Positions 25,054 to 39,600 of a stretch of DNA of 64,000 nucleotides are shown here, one piece after another; positions within the stretch are counted from its first letter, which is position 1, and every line of letters starts with the position of its first letter. The notes below the pieces were generated by a model that was not told the DNA's origin, searched no databases, and was given only the letters and a program-made list of their open reading frames with translations. This DNA comes from Macrostomum lignano (taxonomy: Eukaryota): NCBI GenBank assembly GCA_002269645.1, contig NIVC01001409.1, positions 230,859-294,858 on the forward strand. Reading direction: 5' to 3'. The position numbers were made by a program, and so were the translations under genes.

Positions 25054-25747
25054 GGGTCCATGAGAATTACCCGCAGACGTATTGCCCGCCGAGATTTGCC
25101 CGCAGGAGATTTGCTCGTGGAGATTTGCCCGCCGAGCTTTTCCCGCGGAGATTTGCCCGCAGTGCATTTTGCCCGTGAGCGAATTGCGCGTGGAGATTTG
25201 CCCGCCGAGAATTGCCCGCCGAGATTTGCCCGCAGTGCAATTTTCCCGCGAGTGAATTGCCCGCGAGCGAATTGCCCGCCGAGTTTTTTCCCGCCGAGGT
25301 TTGCCCGCAATGCTTTTTTCCTGCAGCGCATTTAGCCACGCGTCAGATTTTGTCTGCATTGCCTTCCCAATGCTTTGTACGTGTTAATCTCAATAAAGAG
25401 ATTTACACGATCAAAACGTTTTGATAGTAACTGCATATCAAATGCATATTTTGGGGGGAGCAATGTAGACAGAATCTAGCTGCCAAATGCGCTGCAAAAA
25501 AGCATTGCAGGCAAACCTCGGCGGGAAAAAACTCGGCGGGCAATTCGCTCGCGGGCAATTCACTCGCGGGAAAATTGCACTGCGGGCAAATCTCGGCGGG
25601 CAAATCTCCACGGGCAATTCGCTCACGGGCAAAATGCACTGCGGGCAAATCTCCGCGGGAAAAGCTCGGCGGGCAAATCTCCACGGGCAAATCTCCTGCG
25701 GGCAAATCTCGGCGGGCAATTCATCTGCGGGCATTTCTCGTGCTCCC
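25054..25747. mobile_element. Mutator/Foldback-type non-autonomous element, 694 bp
   Basis: About 290-bp inverted arms built from 15-bp subrepeats (GAGATTTGCCCGCNN) around a ~100-bp spacer. Termini GGG...CCC. 9-bp direct repeat TATAAACAT at 25045-25053 and 25748-25756. Confidence 0.88.
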
Positions 25748-25776
25748 TATAAACATAACATAGGCCTAGACTAGGC

Positions 25777-26087
25777 AGTTGCAGTAAAGGCTAGAGTTCT
25801 GGCACCGGAACCCATTCTCCAACAGCTATGGATCTGGCAATGGTATTCCAGTAGTGCAGTTTATAGGTATAATATAGCAGAAACATTTTTAATAGGTGGT
25901 TTATTTTGAGATTTTGTTCAAGATAAGATCAAAACAAAACAATGAGATTCAAAACAAGATATTTCTAATGTTCAAAGACATCATTAGAAGATAGGGCCTA
26001 ACTGCCTGCAAAAGACTGCCAGATCCATAGCCATTAGAAAATGGGTTCTAGTGCTAGAACTCTAGCCATTGCCCCTAGACTGCAACT
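25777..26087. mobile_element. MITE-like element with ~70-bp imperfect inverted ends
   Basis: AGTTGCAGT..GGCTAGAGTTCTGGCACCGGAACCCATT..GCTATGGATCTGGCA is mirrored by TGCCAGATCCATAGC..AATGGGTTCTAGTGCTAGAACTCTAGCC..ACTGCAACT. No clean TSD found. Confidence 0.6.
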
Positions 26088-27672
26088 AAATTAAATTATT
26101 ATAGAATTAAATAGAAGCTCAACCTTTTTATATGAAATTGGGCCATGTCATTGGGTAAGGAAATATTACTATTCTTATGGCCATGTATTACTTATTTACT
26201 TTTCTAGATTATGTATATATCAGATATAATAATGGCTAATTTGAATGACAAAACCAATGAATTAGGCCTAATTATGGCTAGGATTCTGAAATAATTTCAT
26301 AGACATAGGTATAGGCCTAGCCGCAACCAAACCAAGGTCAAGGAAAGCCACTTTGCTTAGACTAGACTTAGGCATACTAATAGTCTAGATATATGCTGTC
26401 ATATGCTGATTGTCAATTGTGATGTAGACCCTAGCCCCCTAGTAATTTTTGCAATTTGCAGTATAACATTTTGCATTCATATCAGAGCAGTTTAAAAATC
26501 TAGGCTAGCTAGGGAAAGCATCAAATCTTTCTTTCTTATTTAATGGGTAATAAGTCTTATTTATTTGACTTATTGCTTATCAGAATCTTGCCGTGGACGC
26601 TTAGGGTGCAAGACATTCTGGGGACAATTTATGCTGACTCATTCAGGGTATACGTTTTGTTCATTCAGCAATACGTTTTGATTGTGTACGTACGTAATGT
26701 GAACTAACAAATGAAAAAATATACTTTTTAAAAAGAAGAGCAATGTGCTTCTTGCTTAAACAAAGTCTTTTAGGGGTTTAGTTTAGTAATGTTGCGTGTC
26801 TGAATTTAAAAAATAAAAGCAAGTTTAAACCAAATAATTAAACTGCTTCTGCTTTTCGTTGGGGATTTTTTACATAATCTATTGTTTCATTGAGATAGTT
26901 TAACATTGCATTCCTGAAGTATTATTTTGTATTCTTCATCGTTCTCGCATTTGCGTTGGAACTTCATCATCGACGCTATTTAAGCCTAACAAACTAGCTT
27001 ACACCGTTTAAGCCTATTATTTTGTCTTTGATTTATTTGTGTTTCAGTAAAATGAAAGCGAGTATCGTAGCATTTTTAAAGGAATTCAATGATAATGATT
27101 CGCCGACGTTTTACACATTTGCCACTTTCTATCTAATGTATCAGGATGACTTAAGTAGATTTACATTTACAAAAGTTGTTCTTGTTATTTAATAGATAAT
27201 TTCATTGAACTAGGAGAAAACACATTCTCATCCGATAAAACGATATCAGATGCTTGGATCTATTTTCTTTTCTTTTTAAATGTTTCCGCAACAACTCGTC
27301 TTTTAAAGGATAACATAGTTATTACACATCGACATTACGCACTGTTTGTCACTATATTTAAGAACAGATTTCGAAATTATATCGGATTACTTTACTTCTA
27401 TGGATCGAGAAAAAATTAAAGCTGACTTCTATATTTCTATTGTCCATCAATTGCTAACAGCAGTGGAATGGATTTGTGACAATTTTCTAGCAATTTTTTG
27501 TTACATATCCTTCTAAATAATCCAAAAGTAAAATTTATGCTGTGTGCTACACAATAATTTGTGTGTACTACGCAACGCTGCATTAAATTTTCAATTTTAA
27601 TCAGGTAATTCTTTTCATTTTCAGTCTGCATAGCTGCATTGCAAATAAAAAGACAACAAACAGTAAATAAGA

Positions 27673-30600
27673 ATGGCTGCTGACTCAAGAAAGCAGTTTA
27701 TTCTTGGCAATGTTGCCCTCTACTTCTCGACTAGCGTTGACAAATTATCTGACCTGAATTCATCTTCTCCTCTTGATGAATTTTTGGACGATGGAAAGGT
27801 TAGTTTGTTAATCGCCTCGGAATATGGTGGAAGGATTACACTTTCCAACAAGGTGAGTGCCTCAACGTGCAACCATTACAATCATTTTTACTACGCAATA
27901 CTTAAAGTATATGGGGTATCAAGGATTAGTACCCTGGGAGATATACTGAATAGTAAATGAATGACAATTTATTTTTAACCGAATTAGCCTCAAGATCAGC
28001 AGAAGCAGAAGAACTCGGTGGCGTTCATGAAACTGAGACCGGACCCAATTACTCCCGACAATCTTCATTCGGATATTCTCGTCTCGTCCATGACGGAGAG
28101 CCCTCTGTCCTGCTTGTACCACAGCATCCAGAAACTGTACGCGCCAATGCTACTTGAAGTAAGTGCCTCGGTAAAATTTGAATGTTTCTTCTTGTCGAAG
28201 CTAAAAATTTTATACTAACTCAAAGCTGTAAAACACATCACATAAAAATATGCATCACCAGGGATCGACCACCACTGAGAAATTGGATCCCAAGCTACAA
28301 ACTCTGCTGACCGACCTTGAGTCCGGCATTGCTATCGCTTTACGCAAGGACTCGTCCAGCAAGTCAAAAGATGACTCAAAAAACTTTGCGCACATACTTT
28401 CACCATCGGATGAATTTCACTACTGGGCTGAGGAGGCATCGAGGGCCCGGGGTGACGCTAAAGATCGAGCAGCGGTTTTCCACAACATCTTCAAGTCGGT
28501 CAGCGGAGAGTACTCCGGCCTGTCTGAGCTGACCATTGCGGATGCGCTGGACCTTGTGGATGCCACTCAAGATATTCTGGACGAGCTCTGGAAGCAGTCA
28601 GAAACTACGCCCTACCCCGAGAGTAAGTTTTTTAACTAAAAAAGATCTTATTGCTAACAAGCAATAACAATTGGTGTTCATTGAATAACTGAATTGAAAT
28701 TCCTATCACCCTTACAGGTCGAATGCGCCACCTGATGGAAATTACCGGCAACGAAATTGTGCGATACCTGCAAAATCGCCTTTCTAGCCTTGCTCTGTGG
28801 ACAGAGACGTACTCCGTAGTGAAGGACTCGCTTGACCTAGCAGTTCAGGTGTGCGACCGATGGCTGCGAGCCTGTGAGCAGCTGACTGGCCAGTTCTGGA
28901 AAAGATACGCACCAAACCCATGGAAAGGATCGGTGCAGCGGCTCACTTACTTGGAGAAATTCAAGCAGCGGCTTGAAGAAGTCCTCGCTGCTCGAACTGT
29001 TCACGAGCAGATGTGCCGCTTGTTGACGGATAGCGAGAAAGTCGATGCTAGACTTGGCGAAGAGGCGTTTGAGAGCCTGCAGAAGGTTCAGCCTTTGAAC
29101 TTCAACCCGTACACTGAGCCGCTTTGGCGTGCAGCTGTATCGAAGTTCGAGTCGCATCTCGCCCCAGCCGAGGCCCGAGTTGTTGGCAAGCTTCGTGGCC
29201 AGCTGCGTCAATGCGAAGGTCGCCCGCAGCAGCTTCTGAAGGAGTTTCAGCGCTACAAGGAGCTAGTTCGACGCCCAACCATCGGCAACGAGCTACTGGC
29301 CGAGCGAGAACAGCTCTTAGGCCAGTTGACGCTGCACGCGAAGCAACTCCGCGACGAGTTCGTGCAGAGGACGCAAGGCAGCGGTCGAGCGCTGCCATCC
29401 AAGAATGTTCCAGATCAAGCTAACCGCATCCTGTGGACTCGCCAGCTGGAGCTGCGAATGAAAGAGATAACGGATGTCGGTCACTCCCTCCTGGGAGACC
29501 TTGGTGGCTTTAAGGCTTTCAGTCAGACTGCCAGCACCTTCCTAGAGGAGCTGCAGAACTGGCGCCGTGACGCTTTCGACGACTGGGCCAGTGAGATGCA
29601 GTCTCTAATTGACGATCCGAACAAGCCAATGAGCCTCGAAACACAGGGGCAACTGATGGAGCTTAGACAGTCAGATGGAAAGCTTCACGTGAACTACTCG
29701 GAGCGTCTTGTCACCCTTCTGAGAGAAGTTCGAACGCTGAATTCACTGGGCTACGAGATTCCAAAGAAAATTCAGCGAGTGCATGACGTTGCTTCGAAGT
29801 TTTACCGCCACGCCATTGTGTTGAAGCAAGTTGCGCACTTCTACAATACGATTGATGCCCAGATGATTCACTCGCAGAAGCCCATGATGCTCGAGCCAGC
29901 GATGAAGTTTGAGCGGCTGGTCAAATCGCCCAAACCCGGATCAAAGCAGAAGGGAAGCGGCGGAGTTCAGGTTACGTGGGATAGTCCAGAGGAGCTTGAA
30001 GCGTACATTCGCGTTCTGCAAGAGGCCGCCAATGACATTATGGGTATCAACAGGAAACTCCGCAAACAACATCACGTTATCAGTGAGAAGGTTCGTGGTT
30101 TCTCCCTTGTGTATTACAACACATTTATTTAAAACACATTTATTTATTAAAAAATTTTTACTGAAATATACGTTTCTTGTTTTATCCAAAAACTATAGGT
30201 AGTTGATCTGATGGGTATCGATCTTCTGCGTCAGCAGCACCGCTGGAAGGAAGGGTTGCAGGAGATCCGGCTCATCATGACAAGCATCGCCGCGCAGGGA
30301 GTTTCGCCCGACAATATGCTGCCTTGGCGTGCCCACTGGGACAGGCAGTTGTACAAAGCACTGGAGCACCAGTATCGACTTGGACTCGAAGCCCTCAATG
30401 AAAACCTACCAGAGATTCGAGTCGACCTCACAATAAAGCAAGGCCGTCTGGTCTTCAAACCACCATTTGAAGAGATCAAGGCGAAGTACTACCGGGAGAT
30501 GAAGAAATTCGTCAACATTCCAAATGTTTTCAAAGGCGTCAGCGAGTCATCCGAGGGCCTGATCTATCCCAGCATCATCGAGCGCAACGCAGAGGCGTTC

Positions 30601-33600
30601 AACAACTGTTTTGTCAAGGCATGCTTCCTGTTCAAACGATTGGAGGCTCTGCTGACTCGCTTCAAGGACTGGGTCGTGCTTGGCGGCCTCGACTTGGACG
30701 CTTTTGTGGAGCAAAACTGTCTCGAGCTGGCCGAGTACGAGAAAAATGTCAAAGCACTCAAGGTGAAGGGCCGCGACGCAGAAAAGTTGCCAAACGAGAT
30801 TCGCATCGACTGCGTGACCGTAAACTGTCAGCCAATGAAGAACTCAATTGATACTTTGATTAACAACCTGTTCGACTCGCTTCTGAATGCGCTTCGTCTC
30901 TCAATTAAGCGAGACGCCGACGAGTGTGACGCGTTCCTGACCCGCGCTATGGAGACTCTGGGAAAGCGGCCGCAGACTGTCGACGAAATCAGCGAGGCCG
31001 GGTCGAATCATGCCCAGTTCGGTAAAGAGCGCCCGCAGCAGAAGGGATTGCTAGAGTCTGCTGAAGTAAAAAACCGTCTCCTTCGTGGCGTCGCTGGCGG
31101 TGGAGTTGAATTCCTTGCGCCTCTGAATGCCAAGTGGGAGACCTTCGAGATCATGATGGAGTCATTCCAGATGATGATTTTAGAGCAGATTGAGATGATG
31201 AAGACAAATGTCGAGTCGCGGATCAAGGCCTACGTTCAAGACTTAGAGAAGTTTTCTGCCAGGTGGAATCAACTAAAGCCAGGTAAGATTCGCGAACTGT
31301 CCAAGTAATTTTTTAGAAACCATTAATTAAAAATAAAAATTACAAGCATTGATTATTTGCAGGCCGAGATATTCTTGATGACGGAGACCAGGAGCGCTGT
31401 CTGGCGGCCATTAAGGTAATCAAGGAGAAGAAAGAAGAGTTTTCCGAATTGGAGAAGACACGGGAGAGTTTGACGAGCGACTGCGAGCACTTCCAGATGG
31501 AGAGACCGGAGTTCCCGCTCGCCGAGGAGCTGAAAGCAGATCTTGATACAGTGGAGCTGGAGTGGGGTCAGTTTGAGAAATTCAACTCTGGCCTTCAGGA
31601 TCTGGCCAAAGAGGACTGGATCAGCTTCCGCAGCCGTTACTACGTCTTTGAGGAGTTCCTTGGACAATGGTTTGATCGGCTTCGCGAGGAAGAGCCGACA
31701 TCGATGACAGTTCGATTGCAAAAGGAAATTGACAAGTACAAAGACGTGTTGCCTGTGTTGAAGTGGGTGCGAGGAGAACCGCTTGGCCCAGACCACTGGC
31801 TTGATCTTTTCCGTCTCATTCACCTGCCAAGGGGAACTACTCTAGAGCGTCTCACCTTCGGAAACTTGCTGTCCGTGTCGTCTGAAATCATTGCCAACGC
31901 AGAAGCACTGAAAGAACTCAATCTGCGCGCCCAGGGTGAGGTCTCTATCCGGGAGGCAATCCGTGAGCTTGAGTTGTGGGGTGCCGGAGCTCAGTTCCAG
32001 CTAACTGACTACGAAGACAGTCACAACCGCAAAGTTTCGCTCATTAAAGACTGGAAGGATCTTGTCAGTCAGGTCGGAGACAATCAATGCATTCTTCAAT
32101 CGCTGAAAGATTCGCCATACTACAAGTCTTTTGCTGACAAAGCGACGCTGTGGGAGACTCGCCTGGCTGATTTAGACGAGTATCTGCAGAATCTGAACCT
32201 CATTCAGCGTAAATGGGTCTATCTTGAGCCAATTTTCGGGCGCGGTGCCCTGCCCAAGGAGCAGCCAAGATTCAAGCGTGTCGACGATGACTTCCGCGCT
32301 ATTCTGCAGGACATCGCTCGCGACAGTCGGGTGTTGAGCCTGTGCAACCAGTCTGGATTACGTAACAATCTCACCACCATGCTTGATCAGCTGCAACGCT
32401 GCCAGAAGGCCCTCAATGAGTTCCTAGAAGCCAAGCGATCAATCTTCCCACGTTTCTATTTCATTGGAGATGACGACCTATTGGAAATACTCGGTCAGTC
32501 GACAAACCCTACTGTTATTAAGACGCATCTGAAGAAACTTTTTCAAGGCATTCACGACGTTGAGTTTGACCAAGATGCTAAGCACATCGTAGCAATTAAG
32601 TCGCTTGATGGTGAAATCGTTCCTCTACGCCGAGAAATTCTAGTGACAGCTGAAGTGGAGAGCTGGTTGAGCAAGCTGGCGGATGAAATGAAGGCAACCC
32701 TGCGTGAGCTACTCGTTAATTGCCTGGAGGACATGAAGAGTGCCCGTCACGGGGCGCTAGACCCATCAGCATACCCAAGTCAAGTGCTGTGCCTGGCAGA
32801 GATGATCACGTTTACTTCCAGAGCGGAGTCGACCCTCAAGTCTGGTAGCTTGTCGAACCTACGTTCAGAACTCGAGAAACAGCTGGACGCTTACACCCGA
32901 AGCGACATGGGGCAGTCCGGAGAGGAGGCTGCCATTCTGGAGCTTAAACTGAAGGCTCTAATCCTTGATATGATCCATAATATTGACGTTGTGGACCAGC
33001 TGATGGCCCATAACACGCGCCGCCAAGAGGACTGGATGTGGCAGAAGCAGCTACGCTTCTACTTGAAGCCTAGTGACAAGTGTTGCGAAATTCGAATGGT
33101 GAGTAAAATAAGAAAATATTGGTTTTATCGTATGGCTCTGTTTAGCAGACTGGGCTTCACTAAATGTTTCAAGCAATTATACTCGTAATCTGGTCGCAAT
33201 TTCAGGTCGATGCAGTCTTTGAGTACACGTACGAATACCAAGGAAATGCGCCGAAACTTGTACACACACCTCTGACCGACAAGTGCTACTTAACAATGAC
33301 GCAAGGCATGTTCATGGGCTTGGGTGCCAATCCGTACGGGCCCGCAGGAACAGGAAAAACAGAAAGTGTGAAAGCTCTCGGCTCTCTGTTTGGCAGGCAG
33401 GTCCTGGTCTTCAACTGTGACGAAGGCATTGACGTGCAGAGCATGGGCCGCATCTTTATTGGACTTGTGAAAAGTGGCGCCTGGGGCTGCTTTGACGAGT
33501 TCAACCGGCTGGAGGAGGCTGTGCTTTCAGCCGTTTCCATGCAGATCCAGGTGATTCAGGATGGCATCAAGAACAGGTTACCAAAGATTGAGCTACTTGG

Positions 33601-36600
33601 CCGAACTATTGACGTAGATCCAAACTCTGGAATCTTCATCACGCTCAACCCTGCGGGTAAAGGCTACGGTGGTCGACAAAAACTTCCGGACAACTTGAAG
33701 CAGCTGTTCCGCCCGGTGGCCATGTCCCGCCCGGACAACGAACAGATTGCAGAGGTGATCTTGTTCTCGGAAGGATTCCGGAGTGGCAAGGAGCTCGGCC
33801 GCAAACTAGTAGCCATTTTTAACCTGTCAAAGGAGCTGCTAACTCAGCAGCAGCATTATGACTGGGGCCTGCGAGCTCTCAAGACCGTCTTGCGCAGCGC
33901 TGGTGGTCTGGTAAAGACAGCCAAGAAGGCACTGAAAGAGAATGAGAAGCTTGAGCCGGATGCAGAAGCAAGACTAGTGGTACAAGCATTGAGAATCAAC
34001 ACCCTATCGAAGTTGACATTCTCCGATTGCTTCCGCTTTGACTCGCTGGTGAAAGATGTATTCCCAACAGTCGATTTCAAGGATATCGAATACCAGGTTC
34101 TGGCAGAAAAGATACGCGAAGTAGTAGCGGAACAGAAGCTGGTGCTGAACGAAAACCAGGTGAAGAAATGCCTGGAAGTGTACGAACAGACCAGCCAGCG
34201 CATGGGTGTGGTCATTGTTGGACCATCAGGTTCAGGTAAAAGTACTCTTTGGAAGGTACTGAGGCAAGCCATGATCAAGACAGGCAAAATGGTCAAGCAG
34301 TATGTTATGAATCCTAAGGCGATGCCGCGTACACAGCTGCTTGGCTCAATCGACCTCGACACCAGAGAATGGTCAGATGGTGTTCTCACTTTTGCTGCTC
34401 GTCAGGTAGTGAAGGAGCCACAGGAAGTTCAATCATGGATCGTATGTGACGGAGACATCGATCCGGAATGGGTTGAGTCTCTCAACAGTGTTCTCGACGA
34501 CAACCGCTTGCTCACCATGCCCAATGGAGAGCGCATTCAGTTTGGACCGAACGTGAACTTTTTATTTGAGACGCACGATCTCAGCTGCGCCTCCCCAGCT
34601 ACCATCTCTCGCATGGGTATGATCTTCCTGTCTGATGAGGCTACAGACATCCGCGCCGTAGTGCAGTCCTGGCTCAGCGACCAGCCTGAGAAGGACCGCG
34701 AACTACTTTCCGCCTATATAGAGGACTACTTCTACTCGGCCGTGGACTGGGTACTAAAGACAAACGACTACTGCGTTGATACAACCCTGGTGGGTACTGT
34801 GCTGAACGGTTTGTCCCACCTGAAAGGTGTGCAGAACAAGGCGCATTTCGCGATATCACTAATTCGCGGCCTTGGTGGCAATTTGCCTGAGGCCACGCGA
34901 GAGAAATTCGCGACCGAAGTCTTTGCTATCACATCAGAGAGCCCTCCGGATAGCAAACGACCGCTTGATTGCTTCTTTGACAGCGAGTTTGGTCGGCTTC
35001 AAAGTTACAGCAATATGGTAAGTTTGCAAGTGACTAAGCTTGTATAGCTGTGCAGTGTTAATCTTTTATGATCGCCATTTACATACCTAATCTTCAGATG
35101 GACACGGACTTTTCTCCCTCGAGCATCATCTCGACTAAGCCACCCGTGATTCTAACTAGCGCCATTCAGCGCAATCTTGATTGCTTTAAAGACTGGCTAC
35201 AGGCCGAGACCAGACAGCCGTTTATCATTACTGGTCCTGACGGATGCGGCAAAGGGTGAGATAAAAAAAATTGCTGCCGTTAAAAGTAATCTTCAGTAGA
35301 AAATTCGCTAGGTTTTTTGTCACTTACAGTACAATAAATTCGAAACACGCACTATTTCAGAATGCTGCTGCAGTACTGCTTCGACCAGGTCCGATCACTG
35401 CAGGTGGCTGTGCTGCACTGCTCAGCCCAGACTACGCCGACTCACATCCTGCAGAAGCTTGGCCAGTGTTGCATGGTTATTAGCAGCAATACGGGTCGCG
35501 TCTACCGACCCAAGGACTGTGAACGCCTAGTTCTCTACTTAAAGGACGTGAATCTCCCAAAGCCGGATAAGTGGGGCACCAGCCAGCTGGTTGCTTTCCT
35601 CCAGCAGGTTCTAACTTACAATGGGTTTTACGATAGTAATCTGGAGTTCGTGGGTCTAGAAGGTGTGCAGATTGTGTGCAGTATGAACGCCAGCACCACC
35701 GTTGGAAGACATAAATTGTCCACCAGATTCACCTCAGTTGTGCGGATTTGCAGCATGGGCTACCCAGACAAGGAGCAGCTCCAGACCATCTACTCCAGCT
35801 ACTTAAAGGTGATTTTCGACAAGATAGTGCCGCGTCATCCGGTGTGGTCCAGTTCGTCCAAGATGCACGCCCTGGCGTCCACCATGGTGAGCATCTTCGA
35901 CTCGGTAAGAGGCCGATTCAGCCCAGACGAGCGCAGCCACTACCTGTTCACTCCCCGAGACCTCACTCGATGGGTTCGAAACCTTCTGCGCTACGATCTG
36001 CCTGCGCTAGAGTCGGCTGAGCAGGTAAGCTGCATTGCTTTAAAGTGATACCAATATATTTAAATGGTATGCATTTAAACATTGCTTTAAGCATAATTTC
36101 CAATGTAATACAGATGATGGAGGTTGTTGCGTACGAAGCTTTCCGCTTGTTCCGCGACCGATTGGTAGACTCCGACGCCCGCGGCCGATTCGACAATCTT
36201 TTGGGCTCCATAATTCGCTCGGATTGGTCCAGCGATGCCATCGATCAGTTGCAGAGCAGCTGGTTTGTCACCTGGGGCTCTCGGGAGCCACAAGCAGCTG
36301 GAGCTCCACCGCCTCCTCAGGGAAAGACTCTGGGCAAGCTGAGCTTTGAAGACCTCTCAGCAGTGGTTGACAAAGGCCTGCTTCAGTATAGCCGAGAGAA
36401 CAAGGACTTGGAGATCGTCATCTTCAAGGAGGTCCTTGACCACGTCGCTCGTGCAGACCGAGTCCTGTGCCAGCCGGGTGGATCGCTGTTGATGGCAGGC
36501 AAAAGCGGAGTTGGCCGACGCTCGACAGCCCTGCTGGTGGCGCACATGCACTTGATGACCGTCATGACGCCCAAGATAGCGCGAGGCTACACAGTGAAGC

Positions 36601-39600
36601 AGTTCAAGACTGAACTGAAGGCTGCCATACAGAAGGCCGGTATTGACGGAGAGCAAGTTCTTTTCCTACTCGAAGATTTTCAGCTGCTTGAGCTGCAATT
36701 CCTGGAAATGATCAATTCATTGCTGAGTTCTGGTGAGGTGCCAGGACTGTACACACCAGAGGAACTGGAGCCCCTTCTGACGCCACTCAGAGACTTGGCT
36801 TCCGAGAGCGGATTCCGCGGCCCACTGGCCAACTTCCTTGCCTCCAGGGTGCAAGCAAACTTGCATATTGTGTTAATCATGGACTTCGATCATCCCAACT
36901 TCACGATTCGTTGCGAGTCTAATCCAGCCCTGTTCAAGCAGTGTGCCGTGCAATGGCTCAGCGACTGGAGCCGCGAATCAATGGTGCGGGTAGCTCATCT
37001 TCTGCTTACTCGCGTGGCTCGCGAAGAGGGTTCCAAGCTGAGGAAAGAAGAGCCCAAACAGAGGCACCTCTCAGGTACGCTAAAATTCAGTATTTCTCAT
37101 AACACAATACTTCTATTCAAATCCAGCTCAGGTTATAAATATTTACTTACACTTCTTTTCCAGGTGGTGAGAGTTTACTGAAGCTTTTCTTGCATGTCCA
37201 TGAGAGCGTTCCAGCAGTGAGCGCCACCCCAAGGCGCTACATCAACCTTTTGAACACATACAAGTCCTTGTACAGCGGGAAGAAGAGCAAAATACAAGAA
37301 AAGAAGGAGCATCTGAAGGCCGGTGTCAGCAAGCTGAACGAGGCAAAGGACCTCGTAGATGAACTGAAGAGAAAGGCAGCCGACCAGCAGGTCCTGTTGA
37401 CAGAAAAGCAGACGGAGGCAGATGAAGCGCTGAAGGAGATCACTCAAGCAATGTCAGACGCTGGAGAGCAGCGAGCGGAGATGGAAAAGCTGAGTGAGCA
37501 GACTGCTGAGGAGAACAAGTTGCTTCAAAAGCGGAATGCCGAGATCGATCTGGAGCTGAAGGACGTAATGCCGCTGGTGGAAGAGGCCAAGAAAGCCGTC
37601 GGATCCATCAAGACAGAGTCACTATCTGAGATCCGTTCGCTTCGTGCTCCACCTGACACAATCAGGGACATCCTAGAGGGAGTCCTGACTCTGATGGGCA
37701 ATCTCGACACTTCTTGGCAGTCAATGAAAAACTTCTTGGCTCGCCGCGGTGTTACTGAGGAGATCAAGACATTCGAGGCTCGCAAGATCACCCCAGAGCT
37801 GCGGTCTAAAGTTGAGGATCTCCTGCGGCGCAATAAGGCTTCATTTGACCCAGTGAATGCAAAGCGAGCTTCAGTTGCTGCGGCACCCCTGGCTGAGTGG
37901 ACCAAGGCTAACGTGCAGTACTCCCATGTGCTGCAGCGCATTCAGCCGCTGGAGTCGGAGCAGGCTAAGCTGAAGAAGAATCTAGATAAGTCGGAAGCTC
38001 GCAGGACCCAGCTGAAGAATGCACTGGCTGAGGTGGACAACAAGGTTGCTGGCTTGAAGGACAAATTCCAGAAGTTTTCAACGGACGCGGCGAAGCTCAA
38101 GGTGGATCTCGACAAAGCCAACGAAACAATCCAAGCAGCCGAGAATCTCGTGTCAAAACTCGATGGCGAGCATCAGCGCTGGAACCAGCAGATGCAGAGC
38201 ATGGACAGTGAACTGGACGAGCTGCCGGTTCGCTCCCTGCTAGCCGCCGCTTTCATTTGCTACATGCCAGCCGCGCCGGAGGATCAGCGGCTGAGCCAGG
38301 TGAAGACCTGGCTGTCGGCCACCGAGATCTCCGATCACTTCGACCTGCGGCGCTTCCTCACCTCCGAGTCCGAGCAACTGATCTGGAAGAGCGAGGGTCT
38401 GCCGTCTGATGACTTGAGCGTTGAAAACGGCATCGTAATTCTACAGGTATGTCTCCTCCACTCTTTTCGCACTTTGAGTTTGAACATTTTTGGGGCTTAA
38501 ATTCGCTGCATTATTTATCAACTACTTTTTGCAATAAATTCAACTAATGATCTTTTTATGTGACTTAAAGTGGTACCTGATTGAATCATGAACAATTTCA
38601 GATGAACACACAAGATGTAAGATTTTAAATACCAAGTTGTGCTACTTTCCATTTTTAACTATGCTCGATTGATTTCTACAGTTTCACACTTTTAGTTCTC
38701 ATCACTTTTATTACTTACTTTATGTAGATATGTGAAGAACCAATATATTATTTCTTTTTTTCACTTGTCTTCTTTTTACATGCTTCCTACAGCTGTACAG
38801 TCTTCAATTACCTCTGTTTTATCTGATACATTGTATTGTATAGTTTGAAACAATTTTTCAACCCATTGGTTCTATTGGTTGTTTCGAACTTCCTTACGGT
38901 TTCAATATATTCGCACCAGTAGTAAATCGCCATGCAAAAACTTTCCATACTCGCATCTTTTAGATGTTGATTAATATTGATTTTCCTTTCACATTTTAGT
39001 GCTCCCTTCGCCCGTTCCTTATCGACCCCTCCTCGAGAGCCACTGATTGGCTGAAGACACACCTCAAGGACCAGAAGCTGGAGGCGATCAATCAGCAGGA
39101 TGCAAACTTTACCACCTCGCTGGAGTTGGCCGTTCGCTTTGGAAAGACGCTCATCATCCAGGAGGTAGACGGAGTCGAGCCTGTACTGTACCCTCTGCTT
39201 CGGAGCGAGCTCATCGCTCAAGGTAAGCTTTTAAAGAACTCTTGTTATATTCGCTTCTATAAATACTTATTACTATTTTATATTTGCTTACCTCAGGGCC
39301 TCGCTTCGTGGTACAACTGGGCGAAAAGGTGATCGACTACAACCCGGAGTTCCGGCTCTTCCTGACCACCCGGAACCCAAATCCCGACCTGCCGCCGGAC
39401 GCGGCAGCCATTGTCACGACCGTCAACTTCACGACAACGCGCGCCGGCCTCACTGGTCAACTTTTGGCTGCAACAATTCAGCACGAGAAGCCGGAGCTTG
39501 AGGTCAAGAAGTCCGAACTGCTGAAGCAGGAGGAGGACCTGAAGATCAAACTGGCAGAACTGGAAGAGTCGCTGCTTGAAGAGCTTGCCAAAGCCAAGGG

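Noticed and set aside
25020-25774. Multiple overlapping ORFs in all frames
   Set aside because: By-product of the 15-bp subrepeats in the foldback element arms.
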